Assembly: GCA_050949565.1 (NCBI GenBank)
Contig: JBMNFY010000001.1
Span: 160,001 to 224,000 of the forward strand
Source: Kiritimatiellia bacterium
GTDB taxonomy: Bacteria > Verrucomicrobiota > Kiritimatiellia > RFP12 > UBA1067
DNA length: 64,000 nucleotides
Direction: 5' to 3'
The notes below the pieces were generated by a model. The model saw only the letters and a list, made by a program, of their open reading frames with translations, ran no database searches and had not been told where the DNA came from. A program made the position numbers and the translations under genes. This document shows positions 10,016 through 18,481 of the stretch, piece after piece (position 1 is the stretch's first letter; each line of letters begins with the position of its first letter).

Positions 10016-11455
10016 TTAGTTTTCACCCGACGCCAGCCACGCGCGGATTCCCTCCAACAAGGCTTCGGCCACGCGGCGCTGCTGTTCGGGGCGTTGGATC
10101 GCCTCTTCTCCCTCGGGGCAGTTGATGAAGTCCAACTCAAGCAAGCAGGAGGGAATCGCCGGGTTACGGCAGACGGCGAAGCTCGCGGCCATCACGCCGC
10201 GGTCGGCGATTGGCGTCACGGCGGCGAGTTTGGGGTGGAGCGCGCGCGCCAGTTGCAGGCCGATCGCATTCCACGCATAGGTGGAGATGTGACGCACGTT
10301 GCGCGGATCGGTGTGCGCGGCTGTCGCGTTGTGATGCACTGAGATGAAGGCGTCGGCCTTGGCGCGGTAGGCGATACGCACGCGCTCGTAAAGATCGACA
10401 TCAACATCGCTGTCGCGTGTCATGAGCACGCGGAAACCGGCGCGTTCAAGGACCTCGCGCATCAGGCGGGCCTGCGTCAGATTGACCTCTTTCTCGGTCA
10501 CGCCGGTGGGACCGATCGCACCGGTGGAAGGGCCGCCGTGGCCGGGGTCCAGCACGATCAGAATCTCGGCGGGTGGACGGCCGGTCGGCGGGCGCATGGC
10601 GAAGCCGGCGGTCAGGTCAGGCGGGACGAGATCCCGCGGCGGCAGCGGGACATCTGGCGCCGCGGCGAGATGGCCGCTGTCGGTGAAGCATCGCTTGCCT
10701 TCCAACCAGAAGCGGGTATGCCCCCCGACAAAACCGGCACCCTGCACATGCAGGCCGGGCGTCAGGAAGGCGGCGGTATCGCCCCCGCCCGGTTCTGTAC
10801 GGGCGCGCGCGGCAAAGAGCGGTCCGGTCACCGTATGCGCGGGCCACGCCGCACACGCAGTGATCGAGGCGGCTGGGGCATCCGCGAGGCCGTCCGCATA
10901 GAAAACCACCGGCACGTCCTCGGTCGGAGCGGGGAAGGAGATCGTCGCAGTATAACGGGAGGGGGTCGCGCCATCAGGCACCAAGGGCACCGTGCGCTCG
11001 CCGACGGCAGCAAAGACCTGGCGGCCGGCTGGAGCGCGGCAGACGAGGCGCACGTTTTCGCCGGTATAGACGCCGAGCGGCTGCACCGGTTCGAGCGCAC
11101 GCAGACCGACCTCGTCATCAGGACGAGCGGCGGAATCAGGCGTACGGAACGTGTGGCGAAGCTCAGTGGCACCGGCACGCAGGACGACCGTATTGGTGCC
11201 GGGAACGACCTTGACCATACAGATAAAGCCGCCGGTACGCCACGGGGTCACGGTTTGCGCGTTGACCGTCAGCGGCGTGTCAGGCGGTGTGACAGAACCG
11301 ATCAGATAGGTTTGCGAGGAGGTTGACACCCATGCGCCTGACGCTGGAAACACGACACGCACCGAAGGCTTCGCATCCGAAGCAAACAGGGAAAAACCGC
11401 TTGCGAACAGGACGCAGAACCCGACCCGACAGCAAAAGAAACTACGTCTAATCAT
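10016..11455 (-). CDS. N-acetylmuramoyl-L-alanine amidase (Amidase_3) with N-terminal extension
   Basis: IVLDPGHGG, EKEVNL, FISVHHNA, LLELDFI zinc-amidase motifs; signal peptide. Confidence 0.9.
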   Translation of the reverse strand: MIRRSFFCCRVGFCVLFASGFSLFASDAKPSVRVVFPASGAWVSTSSQTYLIGSVTPPDTPLTVNAQTVTPWRTGGFICMVKVVPGTNTVVLRAGATELRHTFRTPDSAARPDDEVGLRALEPVQPLGVYTGENVRLVCRAPAGRQVFAAVGERTVPLVPDGATPSRYTATISFPAPTEDVPVVFYADGLADAPAASITACAAWPAHTVTGPLFAARARTEPGGGDTAAFLTPGLHVQGAGFVGGHTRFWLEGKRCFTDSGHLAAAPDVPLPPRDLVPPDLTAGFAMRPPTGRPPAEILIVLDPGHGGPSTGAIGPTGVTEKEVNLTQARLMREVLERAGFRVLMTRDSDVDVDLYERVRIAYRAKADAFISVHHNATAAHTDPRNVRHISTYAWNAIGLQLARALHPKLAAVTPIADRGVMAASFAVCRNPAIPSCLLELDFINCPEGEEAIQRPEQQRRVAEALLEGIRAWLASGEN

Positions 11456-11676
11456 GGACGCAGTTTACGACAGAAGTGCGCCCGGTGGCAATAGCATTAG
11501 TGCGAGTGTAAAAGTAGTGGTGTGAATGCCGCCGCGTAAGTAGATGCAAAAACTGAAACGGGCACGCGTAGTTATATTATTTTTTAATATTTTTTTAAAT
11601 ACTTTTTCGCGTCGCAGATGTGCTATGTTACTGTCGTACAGTGACGGGTAGGCGTTAGTCAACAAGGAGCGAACTG

Positions 11677-13450
11677 ATGAGAATCACAAAGACAACGAAG
11701 AAGGTATCGCGGATGAGTTGGGGCGCCCTGATCGCAGGTGTGTTGTGCGCAGGTATGTTCGTGGCAGAGGCCGCCACACCGCCTGTAACAGACGGGCTCT
11801 TTTTGCATCTCAACGGTTCAAGTGCCGTCGTGGACAGCCAGGGGCGCGTCGGCACTTGGACGAATCTGGTAGCGGGAGCAGGCGTCTCAGGAGACCTTAC
11901 GCAGCCTACTGACTGGAGGAAACCAACCTTGAGCGTGGCCGTCAACGGCTTGCGCACACTGAAGTTCAACCGTCTGGCAGGCCAGCATCTCTTTGTCGCG
12001 GGGGATCCAGTGTGGAATCGGGATTCAGGCTCCGAATGGACGACGTTTGTTGCCTTCGCGCCGAGTTCGATCAGTACAACTGATGCGGCGCGTGACCTGT
12101 TCTGCGCCGGTTACCAAAATTTTGACGGAAGCGCCAATAATTTAGGGAACGCCGCAACGGCTCTACGGATTTTCCTTCGCGCGGTGAATGGAGGGAGGTA
12201 CGTCACGACGCAGGGACGAACTTCCTCTGGTACTTTCTTGTGGTCACAAGTCAACGCCGACCACATGGCTGTCGGCAAGTGGGAGATTGCGTGCGGTCGC
12301 TGGAGTTCCTCCGCGAAAACGATTACGATGGATCGCACCAACCGCGTTTACGCAGTCGGCGCGAAAAGTTCAAATCAATCGATAACGGATCGTTTAGCAA
12401 ACCACATCTACACGACTATCGGTGCTGAGATAAACCACTCTGGTGGGGCGGGAAATTACTACGATGGCGAGATTGCCGAAGTACTCGTCTATCGGCGTGC
12501 GCTGTCGGACGCAGAAACCGCTCAAGTCCAGGATTGGCTGGCGGAGCGCTACGTCCGTTGCGTCATCGGTCCCTATGAAAACGACCTCGCGCTGCATTGC
12601 CGCATGGATGATAAAGACGCGCGGCGCGGCACGACCAGTCCGCCGCCGGCTTTATCAACGGCGGACGGCGACTGGACGGTGCGCAGCACGACGAACAACC
12701 ATGCGTTCACGGCATCCGGCTCGCGCGGCGCTGTCGTCTCCAGTGCAACAGGTATGATCGGCGAGTGCGTCTCGTTTGAAGGAGTGGCGGGGACAGGGGC
12801 GGCACCTTACCGAGCTTTGACGATCCCCAATGCCTCCGCCACGGCACTGGAGCCAGGCGCGGGAAACTTCACCGTCTCGCTCTGGTTCAATGCGCGGAAT
12901 GCCGTCACCAACACCGCCGCCATCACGTTGGCCGCACACGGGAATCTATACTCCGGTAACAAAGGATGGGCCATTTTTTTCGGGACATCCAATCGAGAAC
13001 TGCCAGGAGGCTATTATGAGCCTGCCAGCAACATTACTTGGCGCGTGTGTACCTCCGGCCCCGCTTCTGGCGGCTCGCAAGATGAGGTTTGCAAAGCTGT
13101 TGTCTGGCTTGCGGATGCAGACGGCATCCCGGAGAACGGTGTCTGGCGTCACGTGGCGCTCGTCGTGGATCGGGACGACAAGCAACTCTGCGCCTATCTT
13201 GACGGCACCCTTCGCGGCGTGCGCGTGATCGTCGATGAGGCGGCGATTGAGTCGGGGGGGGCAAGATCTGGTCGTCGGCGGGCGTCCGACGGTAGATGCC
13301 AGACATTCGTATGACGGTCTGATCGACGACTTCGCCATCTGGCACCGGGCGTTGAGCCGTGACGAGATCGCCTGCATCTATGAGCTGGGTTGCGCGAACC
13401 AGAGTTTCCTCAAGCGTCCGTCCGGCGGCACCTGCATCACCATCCGCTAA
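11677..13450 (+). pseudogene. Secreted two-LamG-domain protein split by a +1 frameshift in a G8 tract (13254-13261); may be intact or phase variable
   Basis: ORF 11677-13314 has LamG motifs (DGEIAEVLVYRRALS, WRHVALVVDR); overlapping ORF 13235-13450 supplies the LamG end DGLIDDFAIWHRALS and tail GTCITIR; G7 would join them. Confidence 0.8.
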
Positions 13451-13462
13451 GGAGTTTGAAAC

Positions 13463-14905
13463 ATGTTGAGAAAGAGCCGCCTCACGGCTGTTGTTTTATT
13501 GTCGACTGTACGGTGCCTCGCGGTGGGCCTGCCTGAGGGCGAACGGCTTTTCGAGGGGACGCACCCTGCCGTTTCGCCAGACGGGCGGCGCATCGCGTTC
13601 CAGTGTGAACGCGAGGGGAAACTCGATCTCGGTGTGTACGACTGCGCGAGCAAGCAGATCGTTTGGGTGGACGCACGGCCCGGCAACGCCTGCTTTCCGG
13701 CTTGGGGCCGCGATGGCGCGCTCGTCTATGCGTACGGGCACCCCACGAACACTGCCTACCAGATGATGAAACGGGGAGCGTATGACGGTTATCATGTGTG
13801 GCGGTGGCGTGAAGGGACGCCTCTTGAACAACTGACTTCCGGCTCGGTGCGCGACTACACGCCGTCGGTCGATCCGGTGCGGGGTACTGTCTACTTCGCT
13901 TCTACGCGGGATGTGCCGACGAGGTTTGAGGACGGGTGTACGCGCGTGGGGCTGTGGCGGCTGGGAGTGGCGGGACAACCTGAATGTGTTGTTCCCGCCG
14001 CATCCAATGAAACCGGTCTAACGCAACCTGTCGTTTCGCCGGACGGACGCTTCCTTGCGTGGTCGGAGGTACGCGGCTTCGCCCAACTGTGGATTCTGCG
14101 CGCGGCGCGTCTTGCGGAGCCGTCACGCAGTTGCGTGCTGACGCCGAACAAGATGATCGCGTATGCGCCCGTTTGGTCGCCGGACGGACGCCACCTCGCG
14201 TGTACGGGTTTCCGTGTGGGCGATCCCTCGTGGTGCATCTACCTCGTCGAACCGAAGTCGGGGGCGTTCGCGCGCGTAGCAGAGGGCGAGAACCCGAGCT
14301 GGATGCCGGATGGGCGCACACTCGTTTTTGACCGCGATGGCGTGGTGTGTCGGCTTGAACTGGCGGATGATGTCTGGCCGAAAACTCTGCCCGCGTGCGC
14401 GGCTACTGAGACGCAACCCGCACGGAGCTTCCGCCCATTCACTGGCGGCACGAATCTGATGGATCTCGCATTCGGCCTGACGCCCTGCACGATCCGACTC
14501 TCTGGGACAGTCCCTGCGGGCAGTGATGAGTTTGTCCATCTCTTCCGTATCGAATACAAAGAAAGTTTTTTGGGCCTTCAGGTTTATTTGAAGAACGGCA
14601 AGCCCCACTTTGCCACACGGGCGTCGGACACCACATGGCTAGGCATCGAAGGGCACACGAAATTGGTGCCGGGCAAACCTTTCACGATCACGGCCATGCG
14701 GACGTTTGAAGAACTCGTTATGCAGGTGGATGATGGCATGCCCTTACGTTTGCTGTACGGCGGCAAAGAGGATATCCTTTCGCTCGATCATCCCGTGCGC
14801 GTCAGACAGCATCCCGATGTTAAGAGCGTCCATGTTTCGACTGAGCTTCCGCACGCGCTTCTTCCTGTTTCGCGTGCTGAAATCTTTGGTGAGGCAGCCC
14901 CATGA
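13463..14905 (+). CDS. TolB-like PD40 beta-propeller secreted protein
   Basis: Repeated P-x-x-SPDG motifs (HPAVSPDG, QPVVSPDG, APVWSPDG, PSWMPDG); signal peptide. Confidence 0.82.
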   Translation: MLRKSRLTAVVLLSTVRCLAVGLPEGERLFEGTHPAVSPDGRRIAFQCEREGKLDLGVYDCASKQIVWVDARPGNACFPAWGRDGALVYAYGHPTNTAYQMMKRGAYDGYHVWRWREGTPLEQLTSGSVRDYTPSVDPVRGTVYFASTRDVPTRFEDGCTRVGLWRLGVAGQPECVVPAASNETGLTQPVVSPDGRFLAWSEVRGFAQLWILRAARLAEPSRSCVLTPNKMIAYAPVWSPDGRHLACTGFRVGDPSWCIYLVEPKSGAFARVAEGENPSWMPDGRTLVFDRDGVVCRLELADDVWPKTLPACAATETQPARSFRPFTGGTNLMDLAFGLTPCTIRLSGTVPAGSDEFVHLFRIEYKESFLGLQVYLKNGKPHFATRASDTTWLGIEGHTKLVPGKPFTITAMRTFEELVMQVDDGMPLRLLYGGKEDILSLDHPVRVRQHPDVKSVHVSTELPHALLPVSRAEIFGEAAP

Positions 14906-17175
14906 AAAAGATTTTTCTCGTCACTTTCCTTTTGTCTCTTACGGCAGGTGCCTTCGAGCGTCTCGCGCTGGTGGACGGTTTCGACTACGCGAATATTTTT
15001 GACACGGAGACCGCATCGGGCAACCGTCAGGTTCTCGACCATGTACTCCTCACGGGAGCAAACACGATTCTCTGGCGCAACTGCAGCGGCGGTCTTATGC
15101 GCTATCCCAGCGCGGAGGAACGCCTCCCGCTCGCCGCGAATCCGCTCGACATGCGTCGTCTGCCCGACAGCCGCGTGCCGTTCGGTTGGCTGAACTACCA
15201 TTTGGCGCAACCCGACATCATTCGTGACATGATGGATGAATGCGCGAAACGCGGGCTCGCCCGCGGCATCCACTGGCCGTACGAAGAAACGCACTGGTCG
15301 AACTGGACGCTAGGTGCCTGGAATCTCGCGCATCCGCAGTTCTGGGGTGTGACGGCCAACGGGAAGCCGTGGAGTGGACGCACCTCGCTGGCGTTTCCCG
15401 AAGTGCGCGCGCACAAGTTGCGTCTTCTCGACGAGTTGCTGGCGCGCGGCGCAGATATCATCTACATCGATCTCTTTCGCAACGGCGGCTGGGGGCCGCA
15501 GTACGAGTACGTGAAACCGAACATCGAGGCCTGGCGCACACGTCACGGTGGCGAGCTGCCCACGAATCCACGGGACCCCCGTTGGCTGGCGCTTGTCGCA
15601 GAGAGCCAGCATGCGTTCTTCCGCGCAGTTCGCGCCCGGCTCGAAAAACAGCCGCGCAAGGTGCGTCTCATTCTGGGCATCATGAATGCGCGCACGGATG
15701 GCGACAATGTGTACGAATCACGCGCCATCGACTGGCGTCGTCTTACGGACGAGGGTATTCTCGATGGTGTGGCGGTGATGAGTGTGGTGTTCGATCCGAA
15801 GGACGCGTGGAACTCCACACGCGCCATCTACAGAAGCTTTGCGTCCGTGCGCGGAAAGGTACGCGTCTATTTTCCCGTGGCGGCCTACAACTACTCGCAG
15901 GCCGGCATCCCCGCCTATGTGAAAGCCACGGGCGAGAGTCCCGCTCAGGTGGCGAAGCACCTCACGGAACTCGCGCGTGAGTATGGCGATGGCATCGTGA
16001 TGGAGTGTGTCGACTACAAGAACTATCCGCCGGACGTGTGCGCGGCGATGACGAATGAGACGATTCGTGGCGCGGCGCGCGTGCAGGCGCGGGCTGAAAT
16101 TCTTTGGACAAGGCCCATCTGCAAACAACCGGGACGCTATATCGGCTGGCCGACCGTCAGCCGCACGCCGCAGGGCGATATCATGGCCCTCTTTTCGGGC
16201 GATCGCGACGAACATGTATGCCCTTGGGGTAAGGTACAGATGATCTGCTCGACGGACAGCGGCGAAACGTGGTCCGCGCCCACAAACATCTGCAATACAA
16301 TCCTCGACGACCGCGATGCGGGGTTGGCGTGTGCGAAGAACGGCACAATGGTGATGAGTTGGTTCACGTCAATCGTGTACCGCCAGTGGGCCCTGCGCCA
16401 GCCCGAGAAGCTCACGCCGGGCTCGCCGCGCTACTATTGGTGGAAGCACGACGAGAAGATCCCCGCCGCCGAGGAAGCGCGGTGCCTGGGCGCCTTCACG
16501 CGACGTTCGACGGATGGAGGACGCACATGGGAAGCCCCCGTGCGTGTGCCCTGTTCTACGCCGCACGGCCCCGTGCCGCTGGCCGACGGACGCTGGCTCC
16601 TCATGGGTTTGAGCGGCAATCAGCATCTTGCGCTCGGCGGTGTTCCGGGCCGGATCATCGCGGTGGAATCGCGCGACGACGGGCGCTCCTGGCAGGAGAT
16701 CGGTGAGATTCCGTTCCCCAAAACAATCTCTGTTCTCAAACACTGCTGTGAGCCCCATGTGGTGGAGACAAGCGATGGCCGTCTGGTGACGCAGATCCGC
16801 TGCACGAACATGTCCGTCGGCATCCGCGGCTCGCTCCAAAGCGAGAGTGCGGACGGCGGGCGGACATGGACCGAGGCCCGGGATGTCGGGATCAACGGTT
16901 TCCCAGCCCATCTCATCCGGCTTTCAAGCGGCCGCCTGCTCTCCGTGTACGGGCGGCGCTGGGATGATATGGGGCAGTTCGCCTGTCTGAGTGACGACCA
17001 GGGACGCACATGGGATGTCGCCAACGAGATCAAGCTCGTAGGTCACTGGAACGACGACCTCGGCTATCCTTCGTCGACGGAACTTTCCGACGGATCGATT
17101 CTCACGCTCTATTATCAGGCCGATCAGAAAGGCGAGAAAACCTGCCTGATGGCTACCAAGTGGCGGGTACGTTAG
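14902..17175 (+). CDS. Fusion of a glycoside-hydrolase-like TIM barrel and a BNR/Asp-box sialidase-like domain
   Basis: Asp-boxes STDSGETW, STDGGRTW, SRDDGRSW, SADGGRTW, SDDQGRTW; DLGYP near C-terminus; ATGA overlap with upstream gene. Confidence 0.8.
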   Translation: MKKIFLVTFLLSLTAGAFERLALVDGFDYANIFDTETASGNRQVLDHVLLTGANTILWRNCSGGLMRYPSAEERLPLAANPLDMRRLPDSRVPFGWLNYHLAQPDIIRDMMDECAKRGLARGIHWPYEETHWSNWTLGAWNLAHPQFWGVTANGKPWSGRTSLAFPEVRAHKLRLLDELLARGADIIYIDLFRNGGWGPQYEYVKPNIEAWRTRHGGELPTNPRDPRWLALVAESQHAFFRAVRARLEKQPRKVRLILGIMNARTDGDNVYESRAIDWRRLTDEGILDGVAVMSVVFDPKDAWNSTRAIYRSFASVRGKVRVYFPVAAYNYSQAGIPAYVKATGESPAQVAKHLTELAREYGDGIVMECVDYKNYPPDVCAAMTNETIRGAARVQARAEILWTRPICKQPGRYIGWPTVSRTPQGDIMALFSGDRDEHVCPWGKVQMICSTDSGETWSAPTNICNTILDDRDAGLACAKNGTMVMSWFTSIVYRQWALRQPEKLTPGSPRYYWWKHDEKIPAAEEARCLGAFTRRSTDGGRTWEAPVRVPCSTPHGPVPLADGRWLLMGLSGNQHLALGGVPGRIIAVESRDDGRSWQEIGEIPFPKTISVLKHCCEPHVVETSDGRLVTQIRCTNMSVGIRGSLQSESADGGRTWTEARDVGINGFPAHLIRLSSGRLLSVYGRRWDDMGQFACLSDDQGRTWDVANEIKLVGHWNDDLGYPSSTELSDGSILTLYYQADQKGEKTCLMATKWRVR

Positions 17176-17255
17176 TGCGGAATCGGATCGGGGTCGCTGT
17201 GGTGTCGGTCAGAACGAGTTACGGCCACGCGGTGGCTCGCAACGGCGAGTGTAAA

Positions 17256-17586
17256 CCTAAAAAGAGCAGTTGAACCTTCAACTCTCTTTGGTTTCTGGTT
17301 TCAAGGTTTCATGATTTCATGGTTTCAAGGTTTCATGGTTTCAAGGTTTCATGGTTTCAAGGTTTCATCCAAATCGGGATCGGGATCGCTATCGGGATCG
17401 ATTGTTTAACCACGGAACACACCGAACACACGGAAAGGCATGGCTCTGTTTCCGTGTGTTTAGTGTGTTCCGTGGTTCCAATCAGAAATTGCGTTCTGCA
17501 CCAAATAGGTGCGGCGCGGATCTCAACGGAAGCCAATGTTTACGGGGCTTTGCTCAAAATCTGCATGCTCAACTGCTCTTTTTAGG
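17256..17586. mobile_element. MITE (331 bp) with perfect 18-bp terminal inverted repeats and 5-bp target-site duplication
   Basis: CCTAAAAAGAGCAGTTGA at 17256-17273 and its reverse complement at 17569-17586; GTAAA on both flanks (17251-17255, 17587-17591); no transposase. Confidence 0.85.
17290..17477. repeat. Short tandem repeats and hairpin inside the MITE
   Basis: About 10 GGTTTCA(A/T) octamers (17290-17368), ATCGGG hexamers (17373-17400), inverted arms AACCACGGAACAC...GTGTTCCGTGGTT (17408-17477). Confidence 0.9.
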
Positions 17587-17630
17587 GTAAAAGCTAGGCT
17601 CTGCTTTTTGCCGGACGCGTCTGACAAAGC

Positions 17631-17660
17631 AAAAAGGGCATGGCGCGCGTAGCCATGCCC
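17631..17660 (-). terminator. Rho-independent terminator of the EF-hand gene
   Basis: GGGCATGGC/GCCATGCCC stem with A5 on + strand (U tract on -). Confidence 0.7.
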
Positions 17661-17698
17661 CGTTATTCACTCTTCGTTATCCGCTATTCGCTTACTCT

Positions 17699-18316
17699 TT
17701 ACTTTTCGGCGGGTGGTGGCGGATTCGGGCGTGGGCGGCCTTGCTCTCTCGCCTTCCTGTGGGCTTCGCGCATGGCTTTGCGCTCTTCATCGTTGAGTTT
17801 GCCGTCGCCGTCCTTGTCGAACTTTTTCATCATCTCTTGAAAGTGCGGGCCGGCGTTCGGGCGGCGCTTCTGCATCTCTTCCATCATGGCCTTGCGTTCT
17901 TCATCGTTGAGTTTACCGTCGCCATCTTTGTCGAATTGTTTTTCGCGTGCCTGGCGGAACTCCTCCCTACGTGCCCTGTTCGCTTCCATCATGGCTTTGC
18001 GCTCTTCATCGTTGAGCTTGCCATCGCCGTCCTTGTCGAACTCCTTTTCGCGCGCTTTGCGGAACTCTTCCATACGCGCCCTGTTCGCCTCCATCATGGC
18101 TTTGCGCTCTTCTTCATTGAGCTTGCCATCGCCGTCCTTGTCGAACTCCTTGATTGCGTCGGCGCGTCTCTCGGCGCGTCGCTCCATGCGCTGTCCAGCG
18201 CGTCTCTCGCCACGTGCAGGAAAACCGCCCGGCCCGTCCGGTTTGGGGGCATTCGCTTGGGCGGAAGCACCGGCCGTTAACAGGGCCAGCAGTGAGGTCA
18301 CATACAGTCGTTTCAT
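17699..18316 (-). CDS. Secreted EF-hand repeat protein
   Basis: Four copies of FDKDGDGKLN(D/E)EERKAM canonical EF loops; signal peptide MKRLYVTSLLALLTAGASA. Confidence 0.88.
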   Translation of the reverse strand: MKRLYVTSLLALLTAGASAQANAPKPDGPGGFPARGERRAGQRMERRAERRADAIKEFDKDGDGKLNEEERKAMMEANRARMEEFRKAREKEFDKDGDGKLNDEERKAMMEANRARREEFRQAREKQFDKDGDGKLNDEERKAMMEEMQKRRPNAGPHFQEMMKKFDKDGDGKLNDEERKAMREAHRKAREQGRPRPNPPPPAEK

Positions 18317-18481
18317 TGGGTCTCTCCTTTTCTGTTTACGCCGAAAGGGCGTTGTGCGGGTAAAAACGGTTATGGGAAAAAATTATTGCCGTCGATATTC
18401 ACAACTTCTCAGGGTTTCGGGGTTGACTGCTCTCCCTCTCCCGCATAATGTATGCCGATTATGGAAACCGGTGTGTTTTTG

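Noticed and set aside
17290-17590. ORFs 17319-17585 and 17351-17590
   Set aside because: Translations of MITE-internal tandem repeats with no protein-like features
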